A stretch of 64,000 bases of DNA from contig CAYFGX010000033.1 of assembly GCA_964342405.1 (NCBI GenBank), positions 3,152 through 67,151 on the forward strand, in the 5' to 3' direction. Shown here piece by piece: positions 19,274 through 27,148 of the stretch. The stretch is from an uncultured Verrucomicrobiota bacterium. GTDB taxonomy: Bacteria; Verrucomicrobiota; Verrucomicrobiia; Limisphaerales; AAA164-E04. The translations under genes were made by a program, and so were the position numbers. Numbering within the stretch: position 1 is the first letter of the stretch; every line of letters starts with the position of its first letter. The notes under the pieces were generated by a model that saw only the letters and a list, made by a program, of their open reading frames with translations, was not told where the DNA came from and searched no databases.

Positions 19274-20802
19274 ACCTCACCTCCGTGAGCGCCTTCTGAA
19301 TCAGCCTTTCCCTCTTGCTCTGGTAGGGAGAGACGCAGCACCGCTTCTTCCCCGATATCGTCGCCCGTCAACTCGCCACTCACCTTGCCCCCGCACATCA
19401 CCACGATACGATCGCTCAGACGAATCAACTCAGGAAGGTCTGAGGAAATCAGCAAAATCGCAACCCCTTCCTGAGATAGTTGTTCGACTAGCTCATAGAC
19501 ATCCTCCTTGGCCCCAACATCCACCCCCCGAGTTGGTTCGTCGAGAATGAGCACCCGAGGATTCCCTGAGAGCCATTTCGCCAAAACAACCTTCTGTTGA
19601 TTGCCTCCGGACAAGCTCGAGACCTTATCCCGAATGTTCCCAAAACGAACCCCGAGATCTCCGACACTGGTCTCGCCGCGAGCGGAGAGTTGGCGCTGAC
19701 TCAAGAGTCCCAGTCGGCTCAATCCAACGAGCCAAGGAAGATTCACGTTGTCCAGAATCGATAGGTCTTGGACCAAGCCCTCATGCTGCCGATCTTCGGG
19801 CACCAAGGCCATCCCCGCCTTACAGCTCTCGACCACTGAGCCGGGAACCAGAGGCTGTCCAGCGACCTCAACGCCGCCGCGATCATAAAAGTCTACCCCG
19901 AAGAGGCTTCGAGCTACCTCAGAGCGGCCGGCTCCAACCAAGCCACCCAATCCAAGAATCTCCCCCGGGAACACATCAAATGTGACATCATAAAAATCGG
20001 GACTTCTTGTTAATCCTCTGACGGTCAGCAACGGTTGCTTCATCCGGTCAAAGGCTAGCCCCTTCTCCTTGCGCCCCACAATGGATCGACCAACCATCCG
20101 TCGAATCAAAGTGTCTTCATCCAGCTCACTGGCCGCGTCAGTTCCCACCTTCTCGCCATCTCTCAATACGGTCACCTGATCAGACAACTCAAAGACCTCG
20201 TGCAGACGGTGACTCACATAGAGCACACTGACCCCGTTCTTGCGCAAATCTTGAATCCGCTGAAAAAGAACCTGTGTCTCTCGCCCTGATAAGGAAGCCG
20301 TGGGTTCATCCATGATCAGGAGCCGGCACTTGTGCAAGAGAGCCCGAGCAATCGCAATCATCTGCCGTTGAGCGAGCGGGAAGCGCTCAACGGGACAATC
20401 CAGATCCAATTGCTCACCCAGCTGGGCCAAGATCTCCTCGGTCTGAGCTCTCATCGTTCTTCGATCAAGCACCCCCAGCGATCCCTTCAACTCACGCCCC
20501 ACAAAGAGATTGTCGACAGCGTTCAAATGCGGAAAAGCGACGCTCTCCTGATGGATCACCGAGATCCCTGCCTGTTCCGCTTGCCGCACGCCGCCTCGAC
20601 CAAGGGCTTCACCGTCAACCAGCACTTTTCCCTCGTCAGGGCGAACAACCCCACCCAAGATCTTAATCAAGGTAGACTTGCCGGCACCATTTTCTCCGCA
20701 CAGCGCATGAACTTCGCCCTTCTCAATGTCGAGGTTTACTCGATGGAGAGCCTTCACACCACCGTACGTCTTCGAGACGCGTTGAAGTGAAACTAGAGAC
20801 AC
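19270..20802 (-). CDS. Sugar ABC transporter ATP-binding protein (RhaT/RbsA-like, two ABC domains)
   Basis: GENGAGKST Walker A, LLIMDEPT, VPEDRQHEG, LSGGNQQKV, LILDEPTRGVDVGAK. Confidence 0.95.
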   Translation of the reverse strand: MSLVSLQRVSKTYGGVKALHRVNLDIEKGEVHALCGENGAGKSTLIKILGGVVRPDEGKVLVDGEALGRGGVRQAEQAGISVIHQESVAFPHLNAVDNLFVGRELKGSLGVLDRRTMRAQTEEILAQLGEQLDLDCPVERFPLAQRQMIAIARALLHKCRLLIMDEPTASLSGRETQVLFQRIQDLRKNGVSVLYVSHRLHEVFELSDQVTVLRDGEKVGTDAASELDEDTLIRRMVGRSIVGRKEKGLAFDRMKQPLLTVRGLTRSPDFYDVTFDVFPGEILGLGGLVGAGRSEVARSLFGVDFYDRGGVEVAGQPLVPGSVVESCKAGMALVPEDRQHEGLVQDLSILDNVNLPWLVGLSRLGLLSQRQLSARGETSVGDLGVRFGNIRDKVSSLSGGNQQKVVLAKWLSGNPRVLILDEPTRGVDVGAKEDVYELVEQLSQEGVAILLISSDLPELIRLSDRIVVMCGGKVSGELTGDDIGEEAVLRLSLPEQEGKADSEGAHGGEV

Positions 20803-20808
20803 GACAAG

Positions 20809-22008
20809 CTAGGCGTAACTGCTTGAAGACTTCAAACCCAGGGATTCGCGGCGCTCGCTTCGCTCCGCCGCGATGCGTTCCAAGTAACCCGATTCTCGAA
20901 ATGCTATCAGTGGATCAACTGCTAGCCCCTTAGCTTCGCGCCATGCCTCGAGAGCCGGGGTGACATCACGACGAAATGCAGCTTGATAGACCCGTTCCGC
21001 GTCGACCACAGAACCACTCTTTCGCGCCCTCGATAGTTCCTCCCAATCAATCAGCAAGGCCTTGGCATAGTACTCTTGGGCAAGCATCGCGGTTTGAATC
21101 ATCGCTTCCGTTTTTGGCTTGAGGTTGTGGGATTGATCCACCATGTAGGCGATGGCTGACTCACCTTCCGTTGCTTGGTGGAAACTGTGGATCTCGGAAA
21201 AGATTCGAAACACTTGATATGGATCGATAGATCCTAGGGTCAGATCATCGTCGGCGTACCGTCGATCGTTAAAGTGAAAGCCTCCGAGCATTTGCTCATC
21301 CAGCAACCAAGCCACAATTTGCTCGATGTTCTGAGCACTGTAATGGTGCCCCGTATCCACCAGCACCTTCGCTTGCGGTCCAGCTTTCTTGGCCAACAGG
21401 AGAGCCATCCCCCAATCAGCGATGTCCGTGTGGTAAAACGCAGGCTCAAAAGGCTTATACTCAACCAGCAGTTGCTGGTCTTCGGACAAGGCGGCATGGC
21501 AGGCTTCAAGGGCGTCTTCAAAGCACCGTTTTCTCCGGCGCATGCAGTCTTGCCCAGGATAATTGGTGCCATCGGCAAACCAGAGGGAAACCAATTTACT
21601 ATCGAGGGCCTGCCCCAAACGAATACTTGAGGTGAGATGATCGACAGCTCTCTCTCGAATTCCTGGATCCGGATTGGCCACCGAGCCAAGCTTGTAATCC
21701 TGATCTTGAAAGACATTTGGATTGATTGATCCAATCCGGATATTCGCCTCGTGAGCTGCCTGCTTCACAGAGGCTACCGGCGTATCGTCAGTGAAGTCCC
21801 ACAAGACATGAACCGCCATCTCGGGACAACAACCCGTGTGTTGATGAACACACCCCGCATCAGAGATCTTGTCATAGATATCGATCGCGGCAGGAGTTTG
21901 GAAGAATTTTCCAAATCGAGTTCCCGTATCCGCAAAGCCCCAAGACGGCAACTCGATTGAGAACCGGTCGAGGGCGGAAATCACTCTGGCAATGGCTGCG
22001 TCTTCCAT
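20809..22008 (-). CDS. rhaI: L-rhamnose isomerase (RhaI type, xylose isomerase-like TIM barrel)
   Basis: IELPSWGFADTGTRFGKF, INPNVFQDQDYKLGS, LWFADGTNYPGQ, EYKPFEPAFYHTDIADWG, VDTGHH, GGFHFNDRRYADDDL, YMVDQSHNLK. Confidence 0.93.
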   Translation of the reverse strand: MEDAAIARVISALDRFSIELPSWGFADTGTRFGKFFQTPAAIDIYDKISDAGCVHQHTGCCPEMAVHVLWDFTDDTPVASVKQAAHEANIRIGSINPNVFQDQDYKLGSVANPDPGIRERAVDHLTSSIRLGQALDSKLVSLWFADGTNYPGQDCMRRRKRCFEDALEACHAALSEDQQLLVEYKPFEPAFYHTDIADWGMALLLAKKAGPQAKVLVDTGHHYSAQNIEQIVAWLLDEQMLGGFHFNDRRYADDDLTLGSIDPYQVFRIFSEIHSFHQATEGESAIAYMVDQSHNLKPKTEAMIQTAMLAQEYYAKALLIDWEELSRARKSGSVVDAERVYQAAFRRDVTPALEAWREAKGLAVDPLIAFRESGYLERIAAERSERRESLGLKSSSSYA

Positions 22009-22080
22009 GGATGGACGACATCATGCCCCAAGCTCGGCGCCCCTTGAAGAAAATCTTATCTGAAATCGACCCATTTCGCC

Positions 22081-22896
22081 TCAATGGTAATCTCGCCAAT
22101 CTCGGTCAAACCATTTGATCGCCTTCCGAATGATCCCCGTCGGAGCCATTTCATGCCCCCCCGGAAAAACGAACATTTGCACCCTGCCCTCCAATCGATT
22201 GAAAACCGCCGCATCATGCCGAGACCATTGGTGTGCACCAAGATCCTTGTCTCCGGCAATCATGGCCACCGCAAGCCCCTTGGGGTAGGAACGTCGAGCG
22301 TATTGAGTTCCTCCAAGCCAACCTCCCATCGATAGTACTCCGGCATACGTGTCCTGCTTTCGTCTCACCGTAAGCGAGAATGCCCGCATCGCACCTCCAG
22401 ACAGCCCCCCAAGATACACTCGCTTCGGATCATGGGGCACTCGCTCGAAGATATCCTCCAAGACCTCATCCTCCATTCGAATCATCAGACGCGTATCCAT
22501 CGCACCATTCTTGAGACGGTCCACTCCCACCGCAATCCAGCCATAGCGATTGGCAGCAGGCGCAACAGGCTCTAGGATTCGCTGGCCGTCCCCTCGAGGG
22601 CTGAAGAGCACAAGCAAGGGAGACAAGGGGACGAGTTCAGAAGAATCTCGGTTTAGCTTCTGAAGCTGGGAGGAAGATGGCATCGCAATATGGTAGCTCA
22701 TCTTCAAGGGCCCAGAGCTGGTCCGTTTGGAAAACTTTTCAAGCGCGACCGGCGATGTTTTTGGGCCCTCTGATTGCCCTATCACTGCGCCCTTCAACTG
22801 CATGCTCAGGACAAGGATGCCCAACCATCGACAAAGGAACCCATGCGTAACTGGAAGCGGGGCCACTTTGCGGGGTAATTGAGTCAGATTCTTCAT
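22081..22896 (-). CDS. Alpha/beta-hydrolase fold protein (esterase-like)
   Basis: DPKRVYLGGLSGGA nucleophile elbow (GxSxG), later Asp (GDKD) and His (GGHE); N-terminal hydrophobic segment. Confidence 0.75.
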   Translation of the reverse strand: MKNLTQLPRKVAPLPVTHGFLCRWLGILVLSMQLKGAVIGQSEGPKTSPVALEKFSKRTSSGPLKMSYHIAMPSSSQLQKLNRDSSELVPLSPLLVLFSPRGDGQRILEPVAPAANRYGWIAVGVDRLKNGAMDTRLMIRMEDEVLEDIFERVPHDPKRVYLGGLSGGAMRAFSLTVRRKQDTYAGVLSMGGWLGGTQYARRSYPKGLAVAMIAGDKDLGAHQWSRHDAAVFNRLEGRVQMFVFPGGHEMAPTGIIRKAIKWFDRDWRDYH

Positions 22897-22981
22897 GGGA
22901 ATTCTGGTTTAACGCATCTGAGCTACAGCCCTTCTAACAGCAGGGCGAATATCCCCCGGATTCACCATCGAATGGTCAGAA

Positions 22982-25222
22982 TTAAGATGCCAATTTCACG
23001 GAGGAATCCTCGGCCGCCGCGCCGCCGCCCGAAGGACGATTCAAGGCCTCAGCCATCGTGGAAGCCAGTGCCTCAATGGTCGAAGGCTTTTGAAGTAAAC
23101 TCGAGATTCCAAAACCAACGAGATCTTCTTTTTTAAGCTCCTGCGCATGGCCCGTAATCAATACGATTGGAATTCCTTCACGAATACGGGAAATCCGACG
23201 AGCCAGCTCCGTACCGAGCATCTCCCGCATTCTAAGATCCGTGACCACAATATCAAAGCGCACGGGGAACCGCTTAAAAAGCCGTTCGCAATCCAAGGGA
23301 TTGGTGCACTCGGTCACACGATAGCCCAGACGTTCCATGAGAGCAGCCACGGCCCGGAGCACGGGTTGTTCGTCATCAACTAAAAGGACACGTTCTCCCC
23401 GACCACGCCGCATCTCCGGCTTTTCCACGACTTCCTTTTCAAGAGTCTCGTTCAACACCGGAAAATAGAGATCAAAGACCGTCCCCTGCCCCAAGCGACT
23501 CTTCACCGCAATCGCGCCTTGATGGCTTTTGACGATTCCGTGAACCACAGATAATCCCAAACCTGTTCCACCAGACGCTGTCTTAGTGGTAAAGAATGGC
23601 TCAAAAATCCGATCCGTGGTTGCTTCCCCCATACCGACACCAGAATCTTCCACCCGCAGCCCGACGTGCGGCCCCGCCCCGAGTTCCGCCTGCAGGTTCT
23701 CCGGCAACTGTTCTGACCAGACAGTCCGAACGGATATCTTCAGAATCCCTCCGGAGTCTTTCATCGCATCCACGGCGTTTGAGCAGAGATTGACGAGAAT
23801 CTGATGAATCTGAGACTGATCACCTGCAATGGCAGGACAGTTCTCTTCGAACTTCGTGAGAATTTCTATCGAAGGCGGCATAGACGCGCGCAACAAATCG
23901 AGTACTTCACCCACCACGGCACCGAGATTCGTTTCTTCGACAGAGACTTCTTGGCGTTGGCTGAATGTGAGAATTTGCCGAACAACATCCCTGGCCCGTT
24001 TACTCGCAGCAACGATGTTCGTCAGGCTGCGCCTCGCCGGATGTTCCTCCGGGACATCCATCTCGGCAAGTTGCGCATTCCCTAATATTGAGAATAGAAT
24101 GTTGTTGAAATCGTGAGCAATCCCACCAGCCATGGTTCCGAGAGCATCCATTCGCTGAGCACTCCGTAGTTGATCCTCAAGCTTCTCTCTCTCCTTCTGT
24201 TGCTCTCTCTGCGCCGTCACATCTTGAACCGTCCCGGTCAATCGTCTTAATCCGGCACCTGCACCATTCTGAGTTTGCCCTCGAAAGAGTATCGTTCTCT
24301 GTAAGCCATCAGCCCTGGTAATGCTGAATTCCAACTCCGTTTTCCCCCCGCTACTCAAAAGCGAACCGACCGCTTGCTCAACACGATCACGATCCTCCGC
24401 GCAAACACGCTCGACGCACTCAGTCCAATGCGGTTGGTCACTCTGCTCCGACTCCCCGAGAATCCGAAAGACGGCAGGAGACAGCCAGAGTCCATTCGCT
24501 TCCGACGTGTAATGCCAACTTCCTACCTGCGCGATCTCCTGGGCTTCGTGAAGACGTTGTTCAACCTCCCGGAGCGCCGCGTTTGATGCTTCAAGCGAAC
24601 TGGCCTTTCGCTCGGTCTCGCGATGAGAAAGTTCAAGTCTTACCCGATGCCTAATCCGCACTGAAAACAACATCGCAGACAAAAGCGAAGCCATCAAAAG
24701 CATAAATCCATAGTGACTCCAAACGGACGTTTCGAAGGCCAGCGGTCCACAACAGAGCCACGTCAATAGGGCAACGGAAATACAGAGAAACCAGAATCTG
24801 AAATAATCAAAGACACACCCTACCCCAATCACTACCAACAGAAAGTTCGTCGACTGAATGGCATCTTCAGTAAGCGCGAGGTGCAGCCCTGAATTCCCCG
24901 ACATCAAGAACGTAATCAAGACACCAAGAACGTGAACCCATTGATTAGCGGGACGTTTCCAAGAGACGTAAAAAGCCACCCCGATTGCGATCAGGGAAGA
25001 ACCGGCAGCTCCGGCCATGAGAACATTCGCCGCCCGGGCATCCTCAACAAATATCGGATGACAAATGGCTAGCAGCGAATAGAGCCCCGCCACCACAACC
25101 GACAGAGGAATCAGTCGTTCCCTGAATTCGATCCGAAGGAGACGATCGAAGTCAGCCCCCAGGGTGAAACGCTCACCGAAAAACCAAGACAAGATTCGCA
25201 ATTCACCTGCCCCACTCTTCAT
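22982..25222 (-). CDS. Hybrid sensor histidine kinase (5-6 TM, PAS, HisKA, HATPase, receiver)
   Basis: GGIAHDFNN H-box, QILVNLCSNA N-box, VEDSGVGM, FEPFFTTK, GTGLGLS, VLLVDDE, DIVVTDLRM. Confidence 0.95.
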   Translation of the reverse strand: MKSGAGELRILSWFFGERFTLGADFDRLLRIEFRERLIPLSVVVAGLYSLLAICHPIFVEDARAANVLMAGAAGSSLIAIGVAFYVSWKRPANQWVHVLGVLITFLMSGNSGLHLALTEDAIQSTNFLLVVIGVGCVFDYFRFWFLCISVALLTWLCCGPLAFETSVWSHYGFMLLMASLLSAMLFSVRIRHRVRLELSHRETERKASSLEASNAALREVEQRLHEAQEIAQVGSWHYTSEANGLWLSPAVFRILGESEQSDQPHWTECVERVCAEDRDRVEQAVGSLLSSGGKTELEFSITRADGLQRTILFRGQTQNGAGAGLRRLTGTVQDVTAQREQQKEREKLEDQLRSAQRMDALGTMAGGIAHDFNNILFSILGNAQLAEMDVPEEHPARRSLTNIVAASKRARDVVRQILTFSQRQEVSVEETNLGAVVGEVLDLLRASMPPSIEILTKFEENCPAIAGDQSQIHQILVNLCSNAVDAMKDSGGILKISVRTVWSEQLPENLQAELGAGPHVGLRVEDSGVGMGEATTDRIFEPFFTTKTASGGTGLGLSVVHGIVKSHQGAIAVKSRLGQGTVFDLYFPVLNETLEKEVVEKPEMRRGRGERVLLVDDEQPVLRAVAALMERLGYRVTECTNPLDCERLFKRFPVRFDIVVTDLRMREMLGTELARRISRIREGIPIVLITGHAQELKKEDLVGFGISSLLQKPSTIEALASTMAEALNRPSGGGAAAEDSSVKLAS

Positions 25223-25262
25223 TGCTTCTCAACACACATGCCCTCTGCCGATTATCCCGCAG

Positions 25263-25271
25263 AGTATAGCA
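25263..25271 (-). promoter_or_regulatory. Extended -10 promoter (TGcTATACT) for the hybrid kinase
   Basis: Minus strand TGCTATACT about 40 nt upstream of ATG 25222, directly after the U-run of the upstream terminator. Confidence 0.5.
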
Positions 25272-25272
25272 C

Positions 25273-25302
25273 AAAAAAAGCCTCAGGGCATCCCCCAAGG
25301 CT
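25273..25302 (-). terminator. Rho-independent terminator after the 25340..25696 ORF
   Basis: Minus strand AGCCTTGGGG-GATG-CCCTGAGGCT followed by a T6 run. Confidence 0.7.
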
Positions 25303-25339
25303 ATGAACTCACCACTCTAGACCTAGAAAAATCTCTCCG

Positions 25340-25696
25340 TCACGTTAGACCGCGCCGGTTCTCGCTTGAAAAAACTCCTAACCCCGAATTCTCATCGTGA
25401 GTCAGCGATTGAAAACGCCTAATTTTCCGGCTGTATACTGGAGCTGGATCTTTCGAATTTGCCATTCGCCGCCTCAAACGCTCCTCGAGATCCTCCATCA
25501 TTTCGACCAGCACGGCACTCTTGACGGCCATTTCATCCGCCGCCTCAGTCGCATCGTCGATCAAATCCCCCGCATCGGCTCGCCGAGCAATTACAACTCT
25601 CCCATCCTCCGAATTCTGCTTCTCGCAGATTTCGATCTCACCTTCCGGTATTCGACGTGCATTCATGACAAAATTCTTACAACAACGCGGAAACAC
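25340..25696 (-). CDS. Hypothetical protein (acidic, helical/coiled-coil centre)
   Basis: Occupies an otherwise empty region and is followed by a clean terminator. Likely start ATG 25666 (MNARRIP). No recognisable motif. Confidence 0.55.
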   Translation of the reverse strand: MFPRCCKNFVMNARRIPEGEIEICEKQNSEDGRVVIARRADAGDLIDDATEAADEMAVKSAVLVEMMEDLEERLRRRMANSKDPAPVYSRKIRRFQSLTHDENSGLGVFSSENRRGLT

Positions 25697-25820
25697 AACC
25701 AGCCGCGCCCCTCATTTATGCCATGTCATTTCCACATGACAAGAATCGAATTCCCCACAAGTTTCGCTCGCGCGCGACAGGTCAACATCCGTTCAGGACG
25801 GACGTAGAACCGCCGCCGCC

Positions 25821-25852
25821 CTTCTCTCCTTTACGACGATAAAGGAGAGAAG
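25821..25852. repeat. Perfect 13-bp inverted repeat
   Basis: CTTCTCTCCTTTA-CGACGA-TAAAGGAGAGAAG, intergenic, no U-tract on either side. Confidence 0.9.
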
Positions 25853-26046
25853 CCTAAAACAGGGAAAGTCATCCCACCAATAAAAACCCGACACATCAGC
25901 CACAGAGATGCGCTCTACTAGCGCGCTCAGAGCACGCCATACTGAACCAGCAATTACAAAAAGAAGCTATCCAACTTCTTTAGTTGACAGCAACCGTGCC
26001 CCAACACAATAACATGCATGAATACTATAATACTTCTCACAGAAAA

Positions 26047-26544
26047 ATGATGAACATATCACACTTAGGAAGACTGCTCACTCTTAGCGCTAGCCTACCC
26101 ATTGCGACCTTACTTATCACGACTGGATGCGGATCAATTGGGAAAGTCGCACCACACTCCAATCTTGGTGTCGTCGCCAACCTGGAGAGGGGCGATATTG
26201 AAGTCATCCAGACCGTCGAAGGCGAATCAACACGGCGATCGATGCTGCTCGGGAGCATTCAAATCATCGACGAAGACAAATACAAGATTCTCTGGATCCC
26301 GTTCTTCCAAGACAAGGGAGCGGGAACCTTACAAGAGAACGGGGGACTCCTATCAACCCTTACCAAACCCTTCACACCTGTTTCGGTTTTCGATCGCGCT
26401 TACTATGACGCGCTTGCCGAGACTCCTGATGCCGACACCGTATTCTATAAGAGCGCAACCCAGGAGCGACGCGGGATCCCTCTCCTCTTCACCTCTCATC
26501 GGGTGGCGCTCAGAGGAAAAGCAGCCAAGATAAAAGCTGACTGA
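26047..26544 (+). CDS. Hypothetical lipoprotein
   Basis: Lipobox-like LLITTGC after a basic-hydrophobic N-terminus; TATAAT at 26026-26031 upstream. Start trimmed to ATG 26047. Confidence 0.8.
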   Translation: MMNISHLGRLLTLSASLPIATLLITTGCGSIGKVAPHSNLGVVANLERGDIEVIQTVEGESTRRSMLLGSIQIIDEDKYKILWIPFFQDKGAGTLQENGGLLSTLTKPFTPVSVFDRAYYDALAETPDADTVFYKSATQERRGIPLLFTSHRVALRGKAAKIKAD

Positions 26545-26595
26545 ACAAGGAAAGAGGCCAAATCGAAATCGAGCGAATCGAGGAAGCCTTCTGAT

Positions 26596-26625
26596 GGGAC
26601 CAGATGCATACGTGCATCTGGTCCC
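26596..26625. repeat. Perfect 13-bp hairpin with TACG loop
   Basis: GGGACCAGATGCA-TACG-TGCATCTGGTCCC, extendable by TGA/TCA with one bulge; no U-tract. Confidence 0.9.
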
Positions 26626-26674
26626 TCACATTGGCCGAACCGCAGGCTACGAAAGCAGGTGAAACCCGGAAGCC

Positions 26675-27148
26675 ATGGCGCCTAGTCTTAATACACTCTG
26701 CCTGATTGCAGTGGCCGCCTACGCACTCAGCATTTGCTACAAAGTCCTGAAATCCGCAAATGGACGCTTCCCCCCACTTCTCGAATTCGGTGCCCTGACA
26801 TTCTATGTCTTCGCCCTGCACCGATGGACGGGTTTCCCTCATGCCCAAACTCCCTTTAACCCGAGCGTTGGCCTTGGGTTCCTCCTTGCTCTCCAGGTCG
26901 CAGTGATCCTCGGAATCTTATGCTCCCAGGGATATCACTTGGAGCCCTCCAAGGCCTGGGCATGGTTCGACTTGGTTCGGCCCGTCATGATCGCGCCCCT
27001 CCTCCTTCTCCCGTTGCTAGCTTCTTTGGACTCGTGTGGAGAGCGAAGCAACCTTCAGAACGTTTCCTTTCTCCTCCTTGCCTTTCAAAACGGATTCTTC
27101 TGGCGCAGCCTCTTTCAGAAAATCAGAACGAGAGAGGAAAGGGTTTGA
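26675..27148 (+). CDS. Hypothetical integral membrane protein (about 4-5 TM)
   Basis: Several hydrophobic segments; C-terminal LLAFQNGFFW motif; stop overlaps the start of the caspase gene. Confidence 0.8.
   Translation: MAPSLNTLCLIAVAAYALSICYKVLKSANGRFPPLLEFGALTFYVFALHRWTGFPHAQTPFNPSVGLGFLLALQVAVILGILCSQGYHLEPSKAWAWFDLVRPVMIAPLLLLPLLASLDSCGERSNLQNVSFLLLAFQNGFFWRSLFQKIRTREERV

Noticed and set aside
26591-26665. Hammerhead-ribozyme-like words (CTGATG...stem...GAAAC)
   Set aside because: The core would need CUGANGA and GAAA directly after stem II; here it is CUGAUGG and the stem is followed by TCAC.
25821-26670. Integron cassette (attC) reading of the hairpin-flanked lipoprotein
   Set aside because: No RYYYAAC/GTTRRRY core pairs at the expected positions and no integrase in the window.
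26920-27144. N-terminal 75-aa extension of the caspase ORF
   Set aside because: Overlaps the membrane-protein gene; TTG 27145 has an SD-like sequence, a stop/start overlap and gives a signal peptide.
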